From assembly GCA_012295275.1 (NCBI GenBank), contig CM022677.1:6820001-6884000 (forward strand): DNA of 64,000 nucleotides, given 5' to 3'. The notes under the pieces are model-generated. The model did not search any database, had not been told where the DNA came from, and worked only from the letters and a program-made list of their open reading frames with translations. Positions 50,715 through 61,123 of the stretch are shown piece by piece. The DNA is from Chrysomallon squamiferum. Its lineage: Eukaryota; Animalia; Mollusca. The translations under genes were made by a program, and so were the position numbers. Every line of letters starts with the position of its first letter. The first letter of the stretch is position 1.

Positions 50715-52049
50715 TTCTATACATTTTGTGACGTTTTTGTTAATGAAATAATAAATTAAAAAAAACAATAACACATCTCTCTAAACTATCATGAAAACAG
50801 AGACTGCAGTACATTGTCTGCTATGTAACAGGAAAGTTAAACACTTTAAAATACTCATTCCTTTGTTTTAAAATACAGAAATAAACATTTACAACAAAAT
50901 AACTGCATTTATATCAATGTAAGTATAGGCATGTGTGTGTGTGCATGTGTCTGTGGGTGTGTGTATATGTCTATGTGTTTGTGTGTGTGTGTATATGTGT
51001 ACTTACTGATATATTATTTACAAACTGCAACTTCATATATTAAATTAAATTAAACTTCATTAGGTTTAGAATAATGAGAAATATAAAAGAAAACAAACTC
51101 AAATTCACCTGCTCAGATTTGTTCTCTTTTGCAATGGCAGCAGTACAAACTTTATTTAACCAGAAAACAACTGTGTCCTCAGTGTCTGATGGAAGTTCAC
51201 TGGATATGTTAAAAGTTGTAATTTGTCTGAAAGTTTAAAAATTTCTTGTTCAAAATGCTGAATGTAAAATCAGAGGTCTCATTGCATTATATGATAAATT
51301 ATACAAAATATGCAGCCCAGATTTCATTCTCCATCTGCCTCTGTTCTCTGTCTTGCCATTCCTTCATCCTCTCTCCTCATACATTCCTACATTTACATAT
51401 TTAACTGCAGTCATCATAATACTTCTCCTTCTTAGTGATCAAAGTAGAAGGATGAATGCCTTTAAATACACCTAAAAATTAAAATAAATAAACTTTAACA
51501 TACCCAAACAAACTCATTTTAATTAAAAAAATGATTCACATTTTAGTATTTAACAAGATAATATAAAAAAAAAAAAAAATAACAACAAACAAGATAAACC
51601 TAAAAAATAAAAAAAAAAAATAAAAAAAAAACAACATACCTGACAGTTTGAACAGCATGTTCTACTGAAACAACTTCACTGGCATATGCCAACATCAGCA
51701 CATCAATTAGAGCTGTACATGCATACCTAAAAAAGTAAAAAACAATAATAAACAAACAGTTATAAATAAATAACTAAAACTTCTGACATGCTTTGTGATT
51801 AATAAAGTATGTTACTGAGTAATGCAACAAAACAACAGCAAATAACTGAATATTGTTACACTATTTTATAATTAATTAAGAACTATTACAAAACTTATTT
51901 TTCTGTTGACAACACAAAAATAAAATAAATTAAACTCACAACTGAGAATGGTGCAGTCTGCATGAGAATGGTTTCTGTAACAGCTGATTCATCCTTCTCC
52001 ATGATGTAAATTCCCTTTCTAGACAGCACCTGAATAACACTACAGTGAC
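47200..52049 (-). pseudogene. CAMSAP: CAMSAP/Patronin fragment, copy A: CH domain to coiled-coil 1, 7 exons with introns
   Basis: Exons 52049-51940 (GHCSVIQVLSRKGIYIMEKDESAVTETIL), 51726-51640 (ALIDVLMLAYASEVVSVEHAVQTVR), 51226-51109 (TFNISSELPSDTEDTVVFWLNKV), 50572-50350 (DTCLKDGLGIPNSLYNLCLIKTFS/FTYKDFLY...VFPAEQFFWIE), 49693-49600, 49159-49054 (RRGNSVSS...SVLAWQEQK) and 48422-~47200 (LKPAKEK; KMRQKLGKAVFMRVM). They follow CAMSAP1 GHQSVIQALSRKGIYVME...MVDALMMAY...ELPYDLEDAMVFWINKV...DICLKE...DSLYN...FIAELFWWFE...RLKLGKAAF. Stops and frameshifts present. Confidence 0.9.
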
Positions 52050-52160
52050 CTACAACAAATATTTAACACCAATAGTAAATATAAAGTTTATTAATTTTTA
52101 TTACAAAATGCATTTATCTTACAAATCTCTCCAAAAAAAGCTGTAGTAGGACTTGAACAC

Positions 52161-52722
52161 CTTTGGCTGAATGAGATTACAATTTCATGTGCTAAATTCA
52201 AACTAATATATGTTTGAAAAATAGTAAATTAATGTTGTTGACCCTTATATTGCCTTAAGATGTTGTTTAGCTTCTTGCTGAGAAATAGACTAAAAATGTA
52301 TTTGTTTGCAAACAAAAATACCAGCCAGTCTGTAGTTTTGTGTGTACTATACTACTGCAAGAGAAACAAATAACAAATAACTTGTATGTCACAAAATTTT
52401 CAAAAAAATAATTTTCATATTAAATTATATATCAGAAAAAAAACCCCAATAAAAACAGATTAAAATCACTGCAAGGTATCTTTGATAACTTTGACATGAA
52501 AAAGATTTTGAATATGTATCTGAATAAAATTTACTTTCATTTTTCTTTCAAAATCAATGGAGAACCAGTAATTGATTTTGGTCATGTGACAACATAAACA
52601 ATACATATGAAAACCAAAGTTACATATATCCAAATAAAGCTTTTTATGAGTTCTAGAGCTATAGTTACTTCCATTTCTTGACCTTTTTCGATACAAACTT
52701 AGTGCTTTACGTGGAAGCTAAA
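52161..52722 (-). pseudogene. Two decayed exons, weakly polycystin (PKD1-like) TM/TOP-domain-like
   Basis: Exons from 52722 (ELIKSFIWIYVTLVFICIVYVV / NFIQIHIQNLF) and 52354-52161 (KTTDWLVFL...SLFLSKKLNNILRQYKGQQ). Resemblance only, across frameshifts. Confidence 0.3.
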
Positions 52723-52960
52723 CTGAAAGTGAGTTACATATATGACCTGTATTGTCGGGTCCATACATAATCAGATACATGAACACATTATGTCTATGTA
52801 AACCTCTCTAATATTTGTCATTATTCTCTCTCTCTCTCCAGATATATATATATATAAATTAAAAAATCTCATTATTATATTTAAATTTATATGTTAATGG
52901 AATATCTGTAGTTAATATATGGAAAGAAATGCAGCTAATGAAAATAGGTTCATAGATAAC

Positions 52961-53584
52961 CAGGTTTTATGTTAGACAAAAACAAGTTTATCCATCTTTG
53001 TCACAGTAACTGTGTATCCAGGTATGATTACAATCAGACTTTCTCTGCACAACTGCAAATTAGATAAGATTTGCACTTTAACAGTTAACTATGCAGTTTA
53101 CTCTTTTTTTATATATATAAAACTAACATTTATTCCAGTAATTATGACACAAATTTACATACATGTAGACAACTGATAAAGTAAAATTAATAGAATAAAC
53201 AAGTGACTCAGCATAACTCCACATGTAACAGTTAATTTTTTAAACCTTGTAAATTTATTTCGGAGTTATTACTTTGTATTATAGTAATAAGTTTTTCTGA
53301 TAGTAAATAAGTAAAAACTGACATAACTGACTGCTAAAGTGCAAATCAGATAGATTCACTATTCTGTTTCTAACCTTCACACTCTACAACACTCAAGCAA
53401 ACATCCCTGCAGTAACTGAAATAATCAGTGATGTTTTCACTGGACATTTCCAGTATCATCTGATCACTGCAGTCTCTGACAATGTGATGGAGGTTACTGG
53501 TGTATCCTCTATATTTGACTTAATTTTGTTTCTCCAACCTGTTCTTCTCTGTGGTCTCCTTTGCCTTTCTACCACTTATGGTAA
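52961..53584 (-). pseudogene. Two decayed exons encoding a PHD-finger-like motif
   Basis: Exon 53584-53375 spliced in frame to 53052-52961 gives DYFSYCRDVCLSVVECEVVQRKSDCNHTWIHSYCDKDG*TCFC (C4HC3-like spacing with WxHxxC). Confidence 0.45.
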
Positions 53585-53759
53585 CTATTTGACATAAAAA
53601 TAAAAAAGTAAATTTTAAAAACAAAATCAAAGTTATGGTTTTCATACCTCAGCAATTACTAATTTTTGGGCCCCAGCATGTGAAAAAGAAATAAAGAGAA
53701 TAAATGTCACCAAAATAAATTATTTCTGCATAACTGGAAAGAGTATGGAGAAAACTTAC

Positions 53760-54540
53760 AATGAAAATCGTAAGAGTTTGTTAAATTTATGACTCATAGC
53801 AACAAATCAAGATTTTTGACTTAATGTAAATATTTTTTAAAACGATGACAGTCGGCTGAGTCGTCGTATTTTGATAATATTTAAAAAAAAGTTAAACATC
53901 TGATCTAGAGGAACTTTTTTTCGATGTGAGAGCCATTCATCTTTTGTTTTTCATCTAAGAGTGAAAATGTCAGGTCCGTGTTAATCAAGGTAATGAAAAA
54001 ACAATTACTTACGTAACTTAGCAAACCTGATAAATCATGAAAATGATATAATTTGGCACGATTTCTTAATTTTCGACCTGTTTCATGCCATAAGCTACAT
54101 ATCTTTTTATTGTTAAAATCCATGATAACTTGATAAGATCAACATAAATCCATAACAACTTGATAACATCAAATATTAATCCTCGCTTCCAAGAAAAACT
54201 CTACACTTGTTACGTACCTTTAAATATGGCGGGCAAAAAAAAAAGGTGCCCGTCACGTGTACGACATAGCCTCATTAGAGTTGTTTCCCTTACACCGTTA
54301 ACAACTGTGCCAGTTCACATTGTTGTAAAATACAGTATAAAAATCGTTTTATAAATGAAAATCTAACCATTACTTTTATAGGGAGCCGATGTATTTTTGT
54401 TATTATTATCATTTTTTATTATTTTTTTTTTTGGTGATAACATTTTCGTATTTCAACAACATTATCTTTATAATGCCTGTGTGTGTGTGTGTCTGTCTGT
54501 CTGTGTGTCTGTGTGTGTGTGCGCGCATGCGCGCGCAGAC
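53760..54540 (-). promoter_or_regulatory. Promoter and first exon of unit TU5
   Basis: CpG-retaining; YY1-like AATATGGCG at ~54223, E-box CACGTG at 54254, NRF1-like GCGCATGCGC at ~54523. First exon ends at donor att|GTAAGT at 53760. Confidence 0.5.
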
Positions 54541-54789
54541 TTGGTGAAGAAAATTGGAAAATCCATATAATTGGTCTGGTATCATTAACAACAACAACAA
54601 GAATCGTAGTGGTAGTAATAAAAACCTGTTTAATTATGGTAACAAATAACGGAATTCCTCATTTATTTTGATTACCGGACGTAAAATTTTGACGAAGGGA
54701 TATTTATTATCTGTAATCTGATTGGTTCTGTGAAAGTACAGCTGACGCTATTTACACTCGCTAACGTTCACCAAGTCCCTGCTGGACGG

Positions 54790-56645
54790 AACGCATAGAA
54801 AAGAAATGCAAGGAGAGAAACAAATTCAGAAGACAGTACAAAAAACACAGAAATCACTCCACACACGAAAAATACAAAAGTTTCCAACCTAATAGTCATA
54901 GCGAAACAAGAACACTGGGAACTTATTTGCAACAACATCGACCACAAAACATCAGTCAAATACATGTGGGCCAAAGTAAAAAACATCCAAGGCAAAAAAC
55001 CCCACAGAATCAACACTCTCGGAAAAAACAACATCGCATTCACCGACAAGCAAAAATCGGATCTACTCAGCCAAACATTCGCCAAGTCCAGCAGCAATTC
55101 GAACTTCTCACTGAAATTCACAAAGAAACCACTGGACAACCAAGCAATCGGCGAACACTCCGCAGACACAGAAAACATGAAATATAATCAACTATTCAAC
55201 ATCAGCGAATTAAAACATGCACTCAAAAACAAGAAAAGTACAGCCACGGGGCCAGATAAAATAAGCTACACATTACTACAACACCTACCAGACGAAACAC
55301 TACTCGTCATACTCGATCTTTACAACGCAATATGGACCACCGGCAAGATTCCAACAAACTGGAAACACGCCGAGTGTTTCAGCTTGCCCAAACCACACAA
55401 AGATCACTCACTACCCAACAGCTACAGGCCGATCACGCTGACGTCACACATGTGCAAAACATTGGAAACAATTGTCAACACACGCCTGAACCATCATTTA
55501 AACGACAACAATTTAATCAGCAAATTTCAAAGCGGTTTCAGGAAGAAACACAGCACAAAGGACCAGATCACCTGCCTGGAAACATTAATCAATCAATCTT
55601 TTCGAAAATCAAAAAAAGTCATAGCAGTTTTTTTAGACATTGAAAAAGCATTCGACATGGTATGGAGGGAAGGACTGCTCGTTAAATTAATCAACAACAA
55701 CATCAAAGGCAACATTTTCAATTTTATTAAAGACTTCATCAACATCAGAACCATAGCAGTCAAAGTGAACGGTCACACCTCAGAGAAAACGACAATCGAA
55801 AACGGCATCCATCAAGGATCCGTGATCTCGCCCACACTCTTCAACATCTACATCAAGGACATCGTCACAACACTCGACCAACAAGACAACGCCAGAAACC
55901 CATCAAAGGAACCGATAAACACAGCACTCTTTGCAGACGACTGCGTCTTTTGGCGGGCAGGCAGATCGACCGCAGCAATACAGAAACAAATACAAAAAGA
56001 CTTAAACAACATAAACGACTGGATGTTGAAATGGGGCATAAAGATTTCTCTTTCCAAAACAACATGCCTCCTTTTCAACAAGAAATCAGACAACAGCAAG
56101 ATCACGCTCAACATCGACAACAACGTCATAACACAAACAAAGACATTCAAATTTCAACTTCCGATGCCACATACACAACATAATTGCTTCCTGCAACAAA
56201 ACAATCAATCTTCTAAAGTTAATTTCCGGAGCCAGTTGAGGAGCAAACGAATCAACGCTGATTTTGTTACACAAAGCGTGTATTTAAAAAAAAAAACTCT
56301 ATTTAAAAAAACTAGACAGAATTCAATCATTGTTTTTGGAAACAGCAAACGACCACTACAAACAACACGCGCACATCTACACTGACGGATCCAAAAACCC
56401 AGACAACGGGAGAGTAGGATTCGCCTTCATAGCCCAAGATCACACAAACAAACCCACATGCATACAATTCGGCCGTATCAGAAATCACCTTTCGGCATAC
56501 ACGGCCGAGTTGGTAGCCATCATCAGAGCCATGCTGTGGGTAAAACACAACAACAACAAACACACAGTCATATTCTCGGACAGTCCGTGATCTGATCTCA
56601 ATACAATCCGGATACAATAAGGTAATAACAACAACAACAACAAAA
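54790..56645 (+). mobile_element. Non-LTR retrotransposon (I-group-like) RT + RNase H, 5'-truncated with internal deletions
   Basis: ORF 54964-56385: ATGPDKI, SYRPITLTSHMCKTLE, QSGFRKKHST, VFLDIEKAFDMVW, GIHQGSVISPTLFNIY, LFADD. RNase H in ORF 56330-56590: IYTDGSK...SAYTAELVAI...VIFSDS. (AAC)n tail at ~56625-56643. Confidence 0.93.
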
Positions 56646-56958
56646 TCGAAATGAAAATACATTCACCATCGCGCCGTCGTGATCTCGCAATTCAATTTTA
56701 CGTTGGAAGATATCTTTTTTAAACCGCACGCACGCACGCACACACACAGACACACACACAGACACACACACACACAGACACACAGACACGCACGCACACA
56801 CACACACAGGCAGGCGCGAGCTGAAATAACATACGTACACACATAATCAGACATACACAACACGGTCACTCGAAAAAAAAAAATATAAAATAAAAACAGA
56901 AAAAATGAAAATAAAAATAAATAAAGAAATAAAGAAATAAATATTAAGAAAAAAATAA

Positions 56959-56989
<31 letters not shown>

Positions 56990-57638
56990 TGACGAGAGAA
57001 AAGGAAAAAAGACATCGGGTTTCATCCGTCCACTGTCACAGCCTTCATTTCCTTACACGGCTTATCTCCCTCTAATAATTCTCGTTTCGTGTAGTCGTCG
57101 AAATTACGAGAGAAAAATAATCTCTAAATTCGATGCAAAGTTGCCGCCACGTTTGTGTGCTTGATTCCAAAAATCATTCTATATGGATTTAGTTTGAACT
57201 TGGTGCTGCGAAGAAAATTGTGGTGGTTTTTTTTTTCTTTTAGTTTATTTGCTTTTTTTCAACAGGGTTCAACACGTTTAATAAATGAGTTAGTTTTGGT
57301 GCAGTGAACAAAAAAACGCATGCAAGACCGAGTCCACGACACCGACGCACACTAGGCACACTGTCGTCTGTGGAGTGGGCTCGATCTTCCATTCGTAAAG
57401 ATATTTTCTGACTAACTGCAACAACAACAACAACAACAACTACGCGTCTGATCATTTTATAAATTAAATCGTAATCGTCGTTATTTTCAATTAAGACAGA
57501 ATTTAATCATTTTTAATGTTCGAAGAGAACCTGGTCAATTGTAAATGGGTAGGTTATTCGTCAATAGATGAGGCAACTGCCGAATTGTCTGTCATTTTAA
57601 AAATTGAAAACATTGAAATTTATTTTTATTGTTATTAC

Positions 57639-57699
<61 letters not shown>

Positions 57700-57939
57700 G
57701 TTATTATTATTATATTGCTATCCTTTTTATTAAAATGAATTTACTTTTAATCTCTTTTATACTTTACAGAAATATAATGCAGCGACTGAGGATAATATGT
57801 AAGTAAACCTATCACATTTGTTAATATATTATCAGATTTAAATTTAAATCACCTTCTTCGACAAGCGTGTTTTTTACAGAAACGCTTCTGATGAAGAAAT
57901 AAATTGTAAGAAGAGGAAAGGCGGACGCATTTGCTTAAG

Positions 57940-58208
57940 TCACTGTGTACTTGTGTGTGTCACTGTGTACTTGGGTGTGTCACTGTGTACTTGTGTGTGT
58001 TGCTGTGTACTCGTGTGTGTTGCTGTGTACTTGTGTGTGTTGCTGTGTACTTGTGTGTGTCACTGTGTACTGGTGTGTGTCACTGTGTACTTGTGTGTGT
58101 TGCTGTGTACTCGTGTGTGTTGCTGTGTACTCGTGTGTGTTGCTGTGTACTTGTGTGTGTCACTGTGTACTTGTGTGTGTTGCTGTGTAGTTGTGTGTGT
58201 TGCTGTGT
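57940..58208. repeat. 20-bp tandem repeat, ~13 copies
   Basis: (cac/tgc)tgtgtact(t/c)gtgtgtgt units. Confidence 0.95.
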
Positions 58209-58875
58209 GATTTGTATGTATCAGTTTATGTTTGTGTGTCGGTGTGTGTTTTTTTGTGTCTGTGTGTCATTGTGTGCGAGCGTGTTATTGTTAAAACAAA
58301 ACAAACTCGTTGCAAAATATAATTACTCGTATTTGTTTTTATTAGTTGGTTCCTTACTTATCTCCCTTTCTTAAACTTACACAATGTTTGTTCTATTCAC
58401 CTTTATTTGAAATCTGTGCGAATGAGTGGGTGTGTAACTGAGCTTATGTATAACAAACATCTGTTAGTGTGGGTGTTTATAGATATGTATTTTTGTATAT
58501 AGTTTTTGGTGTGTGTCTGTTTGTCTATATATGTGTCTGCGTGTATATATGTGAATGTGTTGGAGTATTTATGTGTATGAATATAAAATCTGTGGATATG
58601 TGCGTGTGTATGTACGAATATATGTGTTTGAGACAGTGTATATGTGCATATGTATTGTACCATAAATTTTAGTTCCTTTATTTTTTTTTGTATTTAATTT
58701 GTGTTTTTATGTATGTGTGAAAGATAATGTATATGTGTATATAAATGAATGTATGTGTGTGAAGGATAGAATACACGTTTATATGTAAGGATATGTGTGT
58801 GAAAGACTGTGTACAAGGTTACATGTATGTATGTGAGACATTATGGTCATGAGCTCTAAAATGAAACAGGAGGGG

Positions 58876-58998
<123 letters not shown>

Positions 58999-59091
58999 TA
59001 GAGAGAGAGAAGACGGATATAAAACATCTGTGAGTGAAAATTTGTTTCCTGGGCGCTTTTGTCCGCTTGTGTATTTATTACTATTATTATT

Positions 59092-59126
<35 letters not shown>

Positions 59127-59199
59127 TATTATCATTTCATAAACTTTGTTGTTGTAAAAGAAAATAATGTTTTTTGGTTTTTTATTTTTTATCGGTAGT

Positions 59200-59460
59200 A
59201 ACAACAACAAAACGTTCCGAAGAACTGAGACGAAAAATGGCAAACAAAAATTTCATTTTCTGTGGCCATGTTGCCGCAGCCATCTTTGTGTACAACGATA
59301 TCGTTAATAGGTTCACAGGATGTTCGTGATCTCGAAGTGTCTTGATGAATGTTATTAACAAACAGTTGTTAACGTCGTCGTTTATTAAAAGTAAGTCGTA
59401 ACCAAGCGTGATACGCACCGCGCATTCTGCGTACTACATAAAAATCACGTGCTAATTATC
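59200..59460 (-). promoter_or_regulatory. CpG-retaining promoter-like region
   Basis: GCCATCTT (YY1-type AAGATGGC on minus strand) at ~59279, E-box CACGTG at ~59446, dense CpGs. Confidence 0.45.
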
Positions 59461-60012
59461 ACTAACATCATCCGCTAATGATTATAGTTCCTGTCTGTGA
59501 CATTTTGGTGCGTGTTTTGAACCATCTTCTTGGTTTCTCAACCATGTTTAATCTGTAAGTGGCTATTATTACTGATTTATGCACTGATTCCGTGTTGATA
59601 TCGGTAAAATTGTATAGCTGTTGACAAGAGGGTAAACTTCAAGCTCTGCACGATAGGAACATCGCATGAGTAGTAAACAAAATAACCACACAGTGATTCG
59701 CTTTATTACGACAGACTTCAAACGACTTCGTAACGACAAGTAAACGACTTTTGTTTAACTAAGTCGTCATGTTGACATCTTCAGGAACATGGCCATGAAT
59801 TAGAATATATAACCGTATATAATACTACTACTACTACTACTACTACTAATAATAATAATGAAAATAATAATGAAAATAATAATAATCATATTAACACACA
59901 CACACACACACACATACATATATGTGACTGTCCTAGGTTAAGCAATGCATGGTGGTGTCTAAAATACGAATTAAAAAAATGAAGAGGTTAAAAAATAATC
60001 CTAAATTTCACC

Positions 60013-60076
<64 letters not shown>

Positions 60077-60133
60077 ATACATTATTTGTTTTTAACGAAA
60101 AAGTAAAACTTACAATGTACAGATTATGTTCCT

Positions 60134-60197
<64 letters not shown>

Positions 60198-60439
60198 CAT
60201 TAAAATGAAGGAATTGTTTTCTTTTTAAAAAAAACCCACTAAAAGTATGAATGAAAGGATTAGTTCAGAGGATAGTATCGTAAATATAAATTTTCCATCA
60301 GTTAATAGCAATGGAATGTATGAATGAGTTAACGGAAGGGAGATAACTCCTGTACAGCTTATTATGAAGTGCACAAGAGTTATCTGTTGTGGACTTATAT
60401 ATTCAATGAATTAGTTTTCTATTTACAAGTGAGCTGGAC

Positions 60440-60552
60440 TTGGTAGTCTTCACAGCTGGTATAATAATGACCATGTTACGTACTCTCCTGTCTGTGGGAT
60501 GGTTCATATCAATGATTCTTTGCTGCTAACTGGAAAGAGTAGCCCGTGAAGC
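60440..60552 (+). mobile_element. MetaSINE-like central-domain fragment
   Basis: tcctgtctgtgggatggttcatatcaatgattctttgctgctaactggaaagagtagccc matches the Meta-domain pattern tatcctgtctgtggga..gtgcatataaaagatcccttgctgc of mollusc SINEs. Confidence 0.65.
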
Positions 60553-60895
60553 AAAATGTTTATATTGGTTCAAGTCAAGTTTCAGGTGAAAACAATTATT
60601 TCTTCTAATATTGTCTTTATGTGACAAAAATTCTTAAAACATTTGAGAAAAATATTGTTTCTTTGAAAAAACACACACACACAAAGATAAACTGTCCGCT
60701 AAATGTAGTATTTATGTAAAAATTAAGAAGATTGTGTAGAAAGATAACACTGTGATTCTGTTAGAAATTTACTTGACATGACTTTTTCTTGGTTTGTTGA
60801 GATCTTAAAAATATATAAAACTTTGTTTTAACTGTGGTAAAATGGTTATTGAAATGAAGCGTAAGCTTGTCGGTGTTTTTGTTTTTTTGTTTGTA

Positions 60896-60899
<4 letters not shown>

Positions 60900-60983
<84 letters not shown>
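60900..60983. repeat. (GT)n microsatellite
   Basis: Perfect dinucleotide run. Confidence 0.95.
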
Positions 60984-60984
<1 letters not shown>

Positions 60985-61078
60985 TTTTTTTTATTTACAT
61001 ATAATTATAATGACGGATATTAAACAAACGTTGCTAACACCCTAATTTTATTTATTGATGTATTCTTCTTCTTCTTCT

Positions 61079-61123
<45 letters not shown>

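Noticed and set aside
47200-52049. Functional CAMSAP gene
   Set aside because: In-frame stops and frameshifts in CH and CC1, a missing internal exon and no CKK domain.
5600-54700. Explicit Helitron call for the mosaic blocks
   Set aside because: No Rep/helicase remnant and no convincing hairpin+CTAG terminus identified by eye.
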